Source: Geosiphon pyriformis uo1 (lineage: Eukaryota > Fungi > Glomeromycota). From it: a DNA stretch of 64,000 nucleotides. This document shows, piece by piece, positions 15,101-29,469 of this stretch. The stretch spans positions 271,504 through 335,503 of the forward strand of contig JAAOMT010000561.1 of NCBI GenBank assembly GCA_016748015.1, in the 5' to 3' direction. The notes beneath the pieces are model-generated. The model was not told the origin of the DNA. It saw only the letters and a list, made by a program, of their open reading frames with translations, and searched no databases. Every line of letters starts with the position of its first letter. Position 1 is the stretch's first letter. A program made the translations under genes and the position numbers.

Positions 15101-18100
15101 ATTATTAATAAAAAAAATCTATAAAATTAATTTATTTAATATTATTTGCATATTTAAAATTGTATTTTTATTGGTTTTTGTTTATATATTTTATAAAAAA
15201 ATTAATTATATATTTAATAGACTATTTAAACTTGTTAAAACAAAAATAGTTTAATAATTAATATTAAAAAATCCATTTATATTTAACATATAACAACTAA
15301 TTATAACATTAAAAATATTTATTAGAATTATTTTTATTAAAATTACTATTTAAAATCATAAAATATTCTTTAATTATTAAAAGTTAATTATATTAATTTA
15401 AATCAATTGTTTTTTTATAAAAATATTAGCATCAAGTCTTAAAATTAAAATAAAAAACTTATTTTTAAACAACAATTTAATTAATAAAAGCCAATTAACT
15501 ATTTTAAAAAATTTTATACATACACTTAACCAAATTATTACTTATAATAATTGGAATTTAAATAACTAAAAGTTAGATTAAAAGTGAAAATTTTTATACT
15601 ATTAAAATTGTTTTTAATTTAAAACTTAATACAATCTTTTAATTTAGTTTTAATAATAATAAATATCAAGTTATTTATATTTTTATGCTATTTTATAAGG
15701 TTATTTTGTTTTACAACATTGTATATTTTTTTAATATTATATGTAATAATTTTTTAGATTAAATTAATTATTAAAAAAATTATTACTATTATACAATATA
15801 TTTAACTTAAAAAATATTATTTTAACAAAATTTATAAGCTTAATTATTTTGGTTTTTAAGCTATTTAGCTTAAAAATGAAAACATTAAAAGTATTAATAC
15901 TTTAAAATAACAAATTATCAGATTTACCAAAAAAATTAACAAGAGAAAAAAATAAAAATTATCTATTATTATATTCAAGCCAAAATCGAAGCAAAAAAAA
16001 ACAGCAGCAAAAATTAAAAAAAATTAACAAAAATCTGGTTTACTTATTAATCCAAAAATTTTATTTAAAAAAAACTTTAAATTTTTTTTACAATACTTAT
16101 TTTAATTTTCAAAAAAGAAATAACTAATAATAAGAGAGATTTAATATTTATAAATAAATCAAACAAAAATTTAATAAAAATATTACTTGTAATTTGCATT
16201 AAAGTTATGTCATTAAATAAAATAGAACAAGCAATTTTAACTTGTTTTTTAATATATATATATATTAATTATTGTTTATTTAATACAATAATATCTTTAT
16301 TAATATAACTAAAAACTTTTTTATTAATATTATATACAGATAAAATATGTTTATTATTTATATATAATATAATATAATATAGTTAAATTAATTTAACACA
16401 AATTCACATTTTTAAAAACTGAAATAATACAAAAAATAGCTTTTTATAAATTTTTATTTTTAAATCTAATAACTATACATTTAACATAATCATAAAATAT
16501 TTAGTTTTAATTTATTATATAAATTTTTATCATAAAATATTACAAAATTAGAAAAAATATATTTATTAATAGAATATAAAACAGTATTTTATAATTGTTT
16601 TTGAATATTTATATTTGTTTGTTAATATTAGTTTTTATTATATATATTAAATTTTTACTTATAAATACAATTATTTGAAGTTACTAACTTAATAATTTTA
16701 TTATTTTTAAATTCTACTATAATTTTTTCTTATAAACTAATAAGTTATAACTTAATTAATATTATTTTATCAAACTTAGCAAAAGTTAATTTATAATTGA
16801 TTTAAAAAAATCTACTGAAATTTTCTTAACAAATACTTTTTAATTTATATGCTTGTTTACTTTTTTCAAATCAATATTTACAATAAACTTTATACTTATT
16901 ACCAAATATTTAGTTTTTATCTAAGCTTAATTTAGAAGTAAAAATTAATTAAATAATCTTATAAAATTTTGAAAGAATAAAGGCTCTTTCAAAATTATTT
17001 ACTTAGTGAAAAAATTTTTAACAAATTTTAACTTATTTTTCAAATTTTTTTTAACAACTATTAAAATAATAATATCCAAAATAAAAGATTTCACAAAATT
17101 AAATACTCTTTTTTTTAGAGTAAAACCACAATAAAAAACTTCAAATTTTTGAATTTAGAAGAAAAAAACTCAAATATTTTATTATTATTTAATACACCAA
17201 AATCAGATTGTTTTTCAGATTTTTCCAACTTGTGAAACCAAGTGTAAAGTTTTTTAAAAAGTTATTTTGTTTATTAGCTTAAAAACAATCTTATACTTAT
17301 TATAAAAAAAACTGGTTTCTTTCACATAAAAATTCTTTATATTATCAACTTTAGACTTATTACTAACATTACTAATTTTATTTTTTATATTACTTTTTAA
17401 GATTTTAGTTTAGAATTCTTACCAAATTTAATAATCTTTATGACCAATGGGTTAATAAAAGAATTTACTATTAATATCTTAGCAGTAAGTTTTTAGTTTT
17501 CTTATCTGTATTTTCAAATATATACATAGAAGTATCTCTTTTTCTGGTATTAAAACAAGTCTTCATCTTATCTTTTTTTTAATTAAACTAGCATCTATTG
17601 TATTCAATATTATAAACAAAAATGCGTCGAAAAAAAATAGCTTACGAAAAAAAAGGTAAAAAGAAAAAATAGTAAAGTATTTTTTCAATATTTTTTGCTC
17701 TCTTTATGATCAAGAAATCAATAAGAGAAAAAGGATTTTTTTTAATTTAATTTTAAATTATAAAATTTTTATTATTAATAATTAAATTGAGTCTTTTGAA
17801 TATCAACATTTATATCATAAAAAAAATTATTTTGTGTTTAATTTTGGTGAAAGTATTTTAAAACATTAAATACACTTTTTTGCGATTAATATTGACTTTT
17901 ATTACTTTTTTCGAACCCGTTTTACAGAATATAAAATTTTGAGGTTTTAAATTTCCGAAGAAGTATTTCGTTGGAAATTTAAAAACTAAATATTATCTTG
18001 ATATTAATGATTGTTACAATTGTATTTTTTTAGGATAAATATAATATATGAAACACTTTGTAGCAATTATTCAAAATGAAAACTTGAATAATAATTAAAA

Positions 18101-21100
18101 TTTTCCATTTTTTATTATATTAAGCAACTAATTTTGAAACATTCAAAAAAAGCTATCTTGATGTATTTATTTTCCAGTTTAAAAATTCTAATGCTTGTGA
18201 CTTGTAATGTTTTAATCAAGAAAAAACTGTTTCATTTTACGATTTCAATAATTGTATAAAGTATATTTTTACATTTAAATAATAAAATTTCAAATTCTAA
18301 TAATATATATTTGGATAATATTGAAATTATTAACGCTTTGTGACTTCTCAGATGGAGTTTAGAAATATTATTACAATGTATTAGATAGATCGTTTCATAA
18401 TTTTACAATTTAAACGAAATTCAAAAAATAAGTTCAAGATCCTTAATCCATATGTTTCTCATTAAGAGTTTTTATACAATTTATTGTTGTTAAAAATTTG
18501 GATTAAAAATGTTTATATTAGCCTTTTCGATTGATTTTAGGATTAATCTTTTAATATTTTTTATGGATTATTTTAATTCTGCAATTTTCAAGGAAAACGG
18601 CACTTATTTTTTTTCTTTTCAAACCCTTGGACATATGAACTCCTCTTGTGTATAATTGATTTTCTTCTTTGGGTTGCAAAACCTTTTTTCAATCACCAAA
18701 TCAATCTCGTGGTTAAACTATATTACAAAAATCATTATTCATCACAAGGTCACAAGGTCACAAAGTCATAAGCAATTGTTAAGTATAATTAGTAGGTAAT
18801 AATAAGCGTTCATCGAGTCCTAACTTAGCTACTTGTCAAGTTCAAAATGGTACTTGGTTTTTCCCGCTCGTTCCAAAGCCTAACTATTTTAATATATTTA
18901 TATACACACATTGCTCATAATACTACATGGTCGTACATTGTACCAAAGGCAAGTTGCATGGCAAAATGACCTTGTGAAGCTGTGTCATCAAAATTTGAAA
19001 ATCCCTATCGTCAAATTGGGTAAACAGCGGTTTGAAAAAGTGCTTAAAGGGGTTCTAACTTTATGCAGAGGAATCTTTATGATCGAAAGAAGTTTGTGAC
19101 TAAAGATACAAGATGATAAACATTAAAGGTGATTGAGTAAAACGATTTTTTTTGAAGCCGAATATTTAATTAACAATTTGTGAAATTTAATTATTAATAT
19201 TCTATGAAATTCCCGATTTCTTTTTAAAATTCAATGGAAAAATCATTTGACGGCATAGTCTAGACAATGCATCAGGAGCTTATGCGTATTAAGAAAAATA
19301 ATAAATGACCTTAGAACTAATTTGACGTACGTCTGACTCTCTTGTTTGCCAAACTTTTCCATGGGGGGTTATGAAAATAATAATGTCGTGACAAATGAAT
19401 GAGCGAAGATTGGGTATACCTACAGAAGTTCCGATGCATTGAAAAATTATCTTTCTATAAGGCCATGTCGAGGTTATTGCATTGCGTATCTTTTATTTGA
19501 TATTTTTTCCAATTTTTAATTTAAATATTCCGGAATTTTTCGATTTTTAGAAACCTAGGCATAAATAGACTTTATCAACATCTTGATTATCCCATTTCCT
19601 AATTGATGAGAGAAAAGGGAACAGGAGAAAAGAAAAAAAAAAGAAAAGAAGGAAAAATTGTTCAAACAACTGATTCAACAATTTAGATTTTGATAACGGA
19701 AATCAAGTATTATCTTTTTATTGAAAAGATTATTCGGTGAGTTTATTTAACCATTATCACCCAAATCATAAGATTTACTATTACCTTTTTGGATTTTAGA
19801 AGACTCAACACAAGACCCTCCGGAAACAAAAGCTGAACGCAACCTATTATGATTGAACACACACATATTATCATGATGATTAAAATTACATTGTTCCCGG
19901 AGTTATTGTACCTCTCTTGAAGCCAGTTTGGGGAATGATCAGTGTAACTAGAGACAAGAAATTTATGAAAAATAATCTGTACCATACCAAGTATAACGAA
20001 TTTTAATTTATGAGGTAACGAAAGTTTCAGAATCTAGTAAATGTTAATCATAGATGGTTGCTGGATTTTCTCACACGACCAGGTGGTCGGAATGTAAATA
20101 TAGAAACTGGATAAACATCTCTAAACATAAAAATATTTCTTCGATTTTTCATTGGATAAACAGGTTTTTAAAGTTACCCTTTTATTATTTTGAAAAAAAA
20201 TTTCTCAATTAACAAACGGTTCATCAATTCTAGACATGATTCCTAATTTTCTTTGAATCAAAAGAATTGGCATGGTATCGGTGACATTTATTATATAGCT
20301 TTATAGTTTTCCTAATGATTAAAAATTATTTACTTTTTAAAATATTTCCCTTAAAGTGAAAGTATTAAAATTCTTTTTTTATTATTGTATAGCTATCATT
20401 GAATAACCCCCCCTCAATTATGAAATTATTTATGATTGATTGATTGACATGTTGTTAGTTTCTGTAACCATCAACTCAATGTCAATGATTAAATATTTTC
20501 TGGCAAATAATGATCGATGAATTTTCTATTGTTGTCCCGTGGCGGGGTGGCGCTTTTTTTTAAACACCCACACAACATAGACAAGTTGACAACAGAAAAA
20601 AAACAAATTCAAGCATCACATTTAACTTTTTCTCTCCCACCTTCTTCCTTCTTTTTTTTCCTTCAATCCCTGCCGCTATTTCTACTGTTTCTCTAGAAGT
20701 TTTCTCAACTTTCTCTTTTCTCTCCTTTTTTTTTCTTTCATCAGATTAAATAGATCATTCTAAAAATCATCACTGACAACTTTTAACCAACCAAACCCAA
20801 ATATTTTTTCCAGTGCACTGCCACTAGTAACAAGTAAAAACCAACTCTCACACAAAAACGCGATAACAACACTGCTGCCCTGCCGTCTCAACCCCCGGCC
20901 CCTCCTTTATAAACACACCTAAACAATAGTGGATTAGGTGTTGCTCTGATTTTTATTTTTAATGTCTTACGTCATTTCACAACTTTGTATCTAAAAAAAT
21001 AAAAAATATTGAAATACTAGAGTTGACAAGTCTTTTTTGACCAAAAAAAAATTAACCAAAAAATTCCAGTCTTCATAAAAAAAAAACATACACACCCACC

Positions 21101-21271
21101 TTTTTTTTTTGCTATATTATTATCGTTTCCTGACGTGTTACTACTAGTTATATGAGCTTTTATCCGTTTCAAACTTAACGTGAAGAAAAAAGCAAAACAA
21201 AATAATAGGATATCACCTTTAGAAGACAACGTCACTTCAACAAATAGAATTTATCTTCATTGGACACTGTA

Positions 21272-22832
21272 ATGCCGGCAACTCGTAAGCACCTTCATGT
21301 GGCAAAGCCAAGACGTCGACAACGCTCTGTAAGTTTAACAACAAGAGCTTCACGTTGCGGCGTCAAAAATTATGTAAACGTGTTAAAGTCACTACACCCA
21401 CAAGTTGAAGAATTCTTTCCAGTTACCAAAGAATACATGCAAGAATATATTGAGGTGAAACGAAAACAAAATAGCATTAAGGCAAATTCGTTAGACCAAT
21501 ACTTTCAACATATCGAAAGCTATAACATGGCTCTGGGTCATGGTTGGGACGCTGAGGTTTTCGAACCAATGATGCGTCAAGTATTGGAAAATCTTGAACA
21601 AGTCGAGGAAAAGACTCGCGTTGACCGAAAATTGGTGACTGGTGACGAAACTTCTATGGATGTGGCAATGTCGATTGGAAGTGAACACGACAGTCAATTG
21701 AATGATGTTGTAGGGGAGACTGTTGTCGATACCAACAATAATGTCAGCAGTGGTGGATATGGTAAGCAGGGCTTCTGTTCTTGTTAATTGAAATGGGTTC
21801 CTGTGTTTCATGCATGGCTTATGCAGATCGTCCTAAATATAACGGAAGATCTCATTGTTAATCTTTTCCATTTTAATTATCTTTTGAAAAGCCCCTTCAG
21901 TTGCGCTGGTATGCTTTGATTCAACTCATGTCCCATCAACTAAACATGAGAACATATCTCAAGTATCGCTGGTAGGCATCGATCCAGATAATTTTACACT
22001 CGCGCTTCGACATATATATGACGCCGTGAAGAATACGCGTTTTCCGAAACGTTGGGGAGATATTGACATCTCTACCATATATTATCGAAATGACGCGTGG
22101 AGTGAATCATCACCTTACCCATTGACCGACGAAAATTCCTTTAAAATGTTTTGGACGGCATACCTGAATTCATCAACAGGTGGAGAGATTCAATTAGTTG
22201 TCTATAATAGGCGAAGTACGTGTAGGTTTTTTAGAATGGAAAATTTTTAAGTTTTAATTTTTAGTTTCCCTTACCCATTTATCATCTTTGAAATTTAATA
22301 GGCCCAAAAGCACCACTTGTAATAGGTACCGATATTAATTCTCAATCAACATCGATACAAATCGCTCCTTTAACCCCACGAAAAAGTCCACCTCGTTTGG
22401 CGAATCCTCCTACCACAACTATTGAAATGATCACAGGTTTGTTAACATGTATCAATGAAACCGATTTAATTAAACTAATTAAAATAATTGTAATAATTCA
22501 AAGATTTCATCAAAAACCTTCCAATTATGATCACAGAAAGTCCGGTTTTATCACCAACATTTCAACAAGTAAAAGCGGTCACGATTCGATCACCCAGTAA
22601 AGTATACAAAGCTAATATAGCTGTTACCGATAGCACTACTTTTGATTCTCTTTTAAAATTTGCAATCGGGAAACGGCCACCTGCAGGTAAACAATTTGTT
22701 CTACAAAGCGCGGACGGTGAATTGGAGTATATGCCAGAAGATCCAGTGCGAAAAGTTATTTTTGGGACCGGTCATGCTGAGGTGATTGTTAGGATGGAGG
22801 ACGTGAAAGATATCGATTTTTCTCAGTTTTAA
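21272..22832 (+). CDS. Four-exon protein: tyrosine-recombinase core-binding (SAM-like) N-terminal domain, PB1-like middle domain, ubiquitin-like C-terminal domain (domain calls tentative)
   Basis: Exons 21272-21761, 21892-22215, 22302-22436, 22504-22832 join in frame through three phase-1 GT..AG introns, linking four track ORFs. Gene model is strong; domains are from motif pattern only. Confidence 0.85.
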
Positions 22833-23180
22833 ATTTAAACATATATCGCGTCAAAAAAAAGGACCATAATAGCCTGCTGATTTTCATCTGAAATTATTCT
22901 CCCCAATTTAAACTCTCAACATACCAAAATCCTCACCAATCAAAAGCAATGCACAATTTTGGCGAGATTCGTATTTCAATGGATATTCTTCGATTGCCTA
23001 CACTTTAATCTGTGGGAATCTAGGAATAGACATCTTGAACATTGCTATGCCGTGTCTTCTAAAGGCACTCTGTCTATTTGTACAAAGTTTTTTTTACATA
23101 TTATAAATATTTGAACACAGAACAATCTATACTATATAGTACTATCTTTTCCTTTTGTGCTAAAATTGTTTCTCTGATCA

Positions 23181-23265
23181 TCCTTCCCTTCACTTCACTA
23201 CACTTCCCTTCCCTTCACTACACTTCCCTTCCCTTCATCAAGCTTAGCCTTCTACACACTTCCTT
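23181..23265. repeat. Pentameric pyrimidine-rich simple repeat (CTTCC/CTTCA/CTACA)
   Basis: Directly visible downstream of the 21272-22832 gene. Confidence 0.8.
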
Positions 23266-26200
23266 TTGATGTCTGCATTGAGCATTATCTCAGTGTTCGG
23301 GCTTTAATTTTGATCAAATTTTATGTTCATGCAACTCACCATACTTTTATTTTAGCATTTTTCAATGCAATCCAAAAAAAAAGTTTTCTCTCTTTATCTA
23401 GGTAAATCCTAGTTTTGTGATTCTTCAATGGGTGATATAAATTACCAATCAAAAAAACCTTTGTTTTATAAATACTATTATCAAAGTATGCACATGTTGA
23501 TTTTTGTACCACAACTGAAAAAAGCGCTGATCTGGATTGCAAATTCTAGAAAAAAAAATATCATTAAACGTACCACCATCATCATTAAACTAGATCGTGA
23601 TATTTTTCGGGTCAAATTTTCCAAGTGTTCGGGTATAGTCGGTTGAGATTTTGGGTGGCAAATAGTAAGATTTAATTAATAATATAGAGTTCAGGGAAAC
23701 TTTAGGTCTGGTTTACAGCCCACCAAACATTAATAAATATGTAAATATTAGAAATCTCTCAAAGAATCACAATCAAAGTTTAAAATTAAAGGACTGTGTA
23801 ATACCAAATAAAAATTCTAGTAAACCTTGCACATCATTGATTTGTTTTTAATGACTTGTTTTTTTCGTTTTCAAAAATACTGTGGAGGTCCGTGATATAG
23901 TAAATGATTGGATATTATAATATTTTAGGTTCTTTTAATTTTGTGAATCGTGATATTATGTACGGTTTTTTCCAAATGAATGTCTATTAAGGAGAAGAAG
24001 GGATTATAGGGAACCAAACTTTGTTTTTAATGTTTGTTCTTTTTGATTTGTTGAACATGGTACGAAAAAGATTTTAATTAACTCAGTTTTCTGTTATCAT
24101 TTTAATAGTACTTTTTTTAGGTTTTTGCAAATATGCCACACGGGTGGTACAACTTTTTTCTGCCCTTAATATTTTTGGCGGGAAAACATCTGGTAATGGG
24201 TGAACAAATCAACAGGAGCTATATTTGATTAAATCTTATTGTCTAATAGTAGAGGTGATATTTATGATGTTTGTGTCATGTTAACGGATGGATTGCTACT
24301 ATTTCCTGCAATGCCCGGAGAAAAATTCCCCGAGCGCCATTTTCATTAGTCTTACAATTTATATATTGCAGATCCTCACATGTTTTGGATGTTTCCACAC
24401 CAACTTACAAGTCTTGGACGTATAAGCTTCATTTTGGATAATAACATGAATTCCTAATTCCTCTGCTTTGGCTATTAAACGCTGTCGAAACCAATAATGT
24501 CTAGCCAAGCGTTTTTTGGACTGATTTCTATGTAATATTTCTTGTTTTTTGATTCACTATGTTATATACCTCGAACAGCAAAATGATGACAACATCGAAT
24601 TCATGGGTAAAAAAAGCAATAGCTTTTCTGTGAATTTTATTTTGCAAGTGTTTAATTTTTCGTTACATATATGCTATCGCTTTATCAAGCCTTTTAGCTT
24701 TTTTCCTTTTTCCATTTAGAAGCTGATAATACCATTTTCATTTCTTCTTTTTTGCTTCATCTCACTACTGTATTAAAAACAAATCTGATCAATCCTATAC
24801 ATTATTTTAAGAGTTGTTTTTGAAAATAATTTGGATATATTTTAATTAATAAATTATAATTTAGAATATTTTCTGTTTTCTGGTATTTGTTATAAGTTGT
24901 TATTAATTTTTGGTTTTTGTGTTTTCAATTGTATTTTGTTTATTAATTTGCATTCTACTGTTGATGGCAAGAATATTTTTGGCCAATTTTATATTTACTT
25001 AAAATTAATTTGTTAATAAAAACCATAAATTTTGCAAAATTAAAAAACAAGACATTTTAAAAAAAAATTGGAACAACAGTGTTAATTATAGTAACCATAA
25101 TTTTTAAGACTATTTTGCAACTTGTTTATTTAAAATTTTTTTTATTTAGCAATAATAATAATAATAATAATAGTAATAATAATAGAATTAAAATTTTAGA
25201 AACTAGCTTAAGAAAAAAGAAAATAAAAATTTACTTTTTTAACAAAAAAAAAGATATTTTTAAGATAATTTATTATTTAAGATTTAAATTGATGTTAAAT
25301 ACTATTTATAAGAGTTTATAACAAACTTATTTGTTTGGAATTAAATACTTATACAAAAGCAAAGTTTTCAAGTTTGTATATTATAATTTATACAAATATT
25401 AGTAATCTTTTTAGATTATTAAAACAAAATTATTTTTAAATAATATTAGAATGTTTATTAAAAAAGTTTTACTTTAATAGTTAAAATACAAGGATAATAA
25501 AAAAATAAGATAGTTCAATTTTTTGCACTAAAAAAATTTATTAAAAAGAATTAAAAAATGCAAAAAGCAAAATTTTTATTGCATACTATAATTCCATTTT
25601 TTTATGTTAATTTAAAAAAGTTTTTTATAACTAGATAATAACTAATAATATTAGTTATTATAATATAAAATAAGCAAAATAAAAATTTTATAAATATTTG
25701 AAAAAATTAATTAAAAAGTGCATTTATTGCTATATAATTTATTATTTAAAATAATTAAAAAATATTTTGAGCTAAGTAAAATATAACAAAAAAAAATTCT
25801 TTATTTTTTATATAATTATTTTGGTTTAAAAAAAATTGAAACTTCTTTAACATTAATTGTTTCATTTTTTCTAAGTAAATATAAATTTAATATATAGTAT
25901 TTATGTTATTATAATCTTAAATATTCTGAATAAATTGTAATAAAAAGATAATTAAAATTTATATTTTAAAACTATTTTTGAATTTTTTCAAATATTTGTC
26001 TTAGTAACATAATTTGGTTTTTGTTTATCCAAATATTAATTATATAATTCTAAATTTTTATATAATATTTAAAAATTTTAAAAGTTTTTACCTAAAAAAA
26101 TTCATAATTAACTTTTTTTTCTCTTTAGTAATTATTAATAAATTTAAAATTTGGTTTAAAATATAAATATTCTATATTGTAAAAAATTCGAAAATATATT

Positions 26201-29200
26201 ATTTATATTTTTTGAAACTTTGGTATTATTTTTAAAATTAATTAAAATTTTAAGAATAAAAATATTATGTTATTATTTTTGTTAATGATAATTTTTTTTG
26301 GTTCGGTAAAATTATTATTGTTATTGTCAATAGTTTCAATAGACTTATAATAAACATTGTATTCAAGTACTATATTATTATTGTAGTTATAAATAACATT
26401 TTAATAAAAAAAATACAATAAATATGAATTTGCTTACTATTTTATCTAATTTTGTTGTTATTTCTATTTAATTACTGCAACAAAATTTCAAAAATTTCAG
26501 GTATCTGTTTGATAAGAATTTATGATATAATTAATACTAGTTTTTTATTTAATTCAGCTTTCTTTGTAATCTGAACATTTTTGGTTTTTGCAAATTGTAT
26601 TTTTTTATTAACAAAAAAATTAAAATGCAATTTAGAAAAAAAATTCGCTATAAAATTTCTGATTTAATATTAATAACTAATTTTTTGTAAAATTATTTGT
26701 TATTTTTTTAATAAAATAAAATAAAAACTCTTTTTTTTATTGATTCTAAATCCTAAAAAAGCAAAAAAAAGCTTAAGCATATTTTATTACTTTCTTTCTA
26801 TCTAATTTTTTACAAATTTTTTTGTTACATGTATAACCAAAAAAAAAGATTTGTTTTAATGTTAAGAAAAATATAATAGATTATAAGTTTAACAAATTTA
26901 ATAAAAAAACCAAAAAATCTATGTTAATATATCTATATTAATAATATTTGTTAGTAATTCAAATATAAAAGTAAATAAATTTGTTATAATTTCTAAAAAG
27001 TTTGTATTTTAAGATAATAAAATAAGTAGCTTTTAGTAAGAAATTAAGTATTGAAAATATAAAAAATATTATATTAAAAAAATTAGTTTTATTATGAATA
27101 AAAATAAGAACAGTATAAATAATTTGAATAATATAATACTTGTTTTAAGTTTTTTAAAAAAATAATGAAATTTGAATTTGTAAAATTAAGATTTGTCAAA
27201 AAAAATTTTATTAAGTGAATAATTTAAATAAATTTTTGCTTTTTTATAATTTTAAAAAATTATTTAATTTATGTTTACATTTGAATTAAGCTTAAACAAA
27301 ATTAAAAAATTTACTATAGAACTTAATATATATATAAATATATACATAAATCAAAAAGTAATTGTAAAAAATATTTTGTTAATATTTTTAAATTGATATT
27401 AAAATTAGTCTTTACATATATTAATATTTTTTTTAATTTTGTTTTAAATATAAGCTATTGATAACTTTTTTCAAGCAAAATTGTATATAAAAAATATACC
27501 AATAAAAATAAGTTTAAAACACTTATTAACAGCAAAACTATTGATAATTTAAAGCTAAAAAATTAAAAAAAAACATTAAAAAATTAAAAAAAATAATAAT
27601 GAATTTAATAGAAAATGTAAACAATCTTAATTTATCTTTAAAATTTTATAAATTACTGTTTTAATTAACTTAAAAGATTGTTATTTATAATATATATAAT
27701 TAAAAAAATTCTTTTAAACAAGAAAATATTATTAGATAATATAAACAATTTATTATTTATTATTACTGAAAAATCAAATTATGTTTTAAAAAAATCAAAA
27801 TATTTATTTTTAGTTTAAATTTTAGATAATATTATCATTAAATATATATACAAAGTTTTTAAAATATTAAATTTACTTTTGTTAATTTATCTGTCATTTA
27901 AAAATAAGCTTTTGGTTATGTTTCAGAATTTTTATACAAAAGTCTTTTTAAATATGAAATTAAAACAACTAATAATATATGTACTATAATTGTTAAGATA
28001 ATAAACATAAATTTATTTATAGTATTAAATAATAATTTTAAAGAATTAGTTATTCTATTATAAGTTTAACAGCATACACAGTTTAAAATATAAATAAATA
28101 ATTTAATAGCTTTTCGCAATAATAAAATTAATACTAATATTAGTATTTAATAATATTTAAAAAAACAACTAAATTATTAGTAACAATATTATGCTATTGA
28201 TTTTTGCAAATTATATATAACTGTATTAATATTTAAATACCTTCTAGTAACAAGCAATATTATTATTATTTAATTTATTATTATTATTTAGTTTTATATA
28301 TGATTTTAGAAAAATTAATGATAATAAATCAAATTAAATAAATGGATTAAATCAAATATATATATTATTTTTTTATCACATTTTATTTAGCATAGTTCCA
28401 ATCGTTATATATGTACATAAAACATATACATGTCTTAAAACAAATACAGTTTATTATGTTATAATATTTTATTTTTACCAGTTCAAATAGATTGGCAAAT
28501 TTTAATTAATATATTTTTTTTAAATTTTAATTTTAACAATATCTCTTTTGAGAATTTTGATCTAACATTATTTACTTTAGAATTAAAAAAACAATATGTA
28601 TATTGATCATAAAACTTGTAAATTATTTTAATAATTTAAAAAAATTCACAAAGTACAAAAAATACTAAAATTTTAATACAATTAATAATTTCTAAAAATA
28701 AAGAAATTAAAAATCAAATTATAGTTTATATAAATATTTAAAAAATTGAAAACACATTTTGAATTCATTGAACAATAATGTTTTATTAAAAAAAATTATA
28801 TATAAAAAATGTTTTCTTAAGAAAAAAATTTATGCTAATTTATATTAACCCAAAAACAAGATATAAAAATAAGCCAACTCACTTTTCTACCTTTTTTTTT
28901 AACCTTTTTGTATTTTTTAAAATGTTTTACAATATATATTTATTAATCATTGTTTTTAAATTCATTGATTTACTAACTTTATTATCTATGTGTATCAAAG
29001 TTTTAATTAAAAAGTGCTTAGTTTTTAATGTTTAAGAAATTAGGTAGATTTGTTTTGGATATAAAAATTATTATAGCAATTTTCAAGGTGGCTTGAAATG
29101 GTAAATTGAGGATTTTATGAGAGGTTTTTGGTTTTCGTGTTTTTGTGTTTATTTTAAAAGGCGGTTTGAGTGGTAAACACTAATAATTAACATTTTAAAT

Positions 29201-29469
29201 TTTTCTGATAGGATGTCAAACAATCTCTTTAATAGCTTCTGAACAAAAGAGAAAACAAAGGTTGAAAGAGTGGCAAGCAATATTACAATATGATTTATCT
29301 TTCTTTCCAGTTACGTATGTGATTGTATCAAAATGTTTCATTATCATTATGGTATTGTTTTTTTTTTCGTATTTTCACACTTTTCATTACATCAACAAAA
29401 ACAATTTTTAGTCCAATTTTTAATTTTTTTTAGAAGAAAAATAAATGCATGCTATGACATTTCGATTTC

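Noticed and set aside
18700-20300. ORFs 18911 and 19743, and the TCACAAGG x3-4 repeat near 18742
   Set aside because: No ATG-led spliced model or recognisable domain; the repeat is too short to interpret.
24800-29000. AT-rich block, possibly a decayed DNA transposon, with ORFs 25079 and 28832
   Set aside because: No motif recoverable with confidence; the ORFs are low-complexity I/K/N/F/L artefacts.
29200-29330. Exon-like segment (AG..CQTISLIASEQKRKQRLKEWQAILQYDLSFFP..GTATGT) upstream of the Fanzor relic as its N-terminus or TnpA
   Set aside because: No Fanzor N-terminal or serine-recombinase motif; separated by low-complexity sequence.
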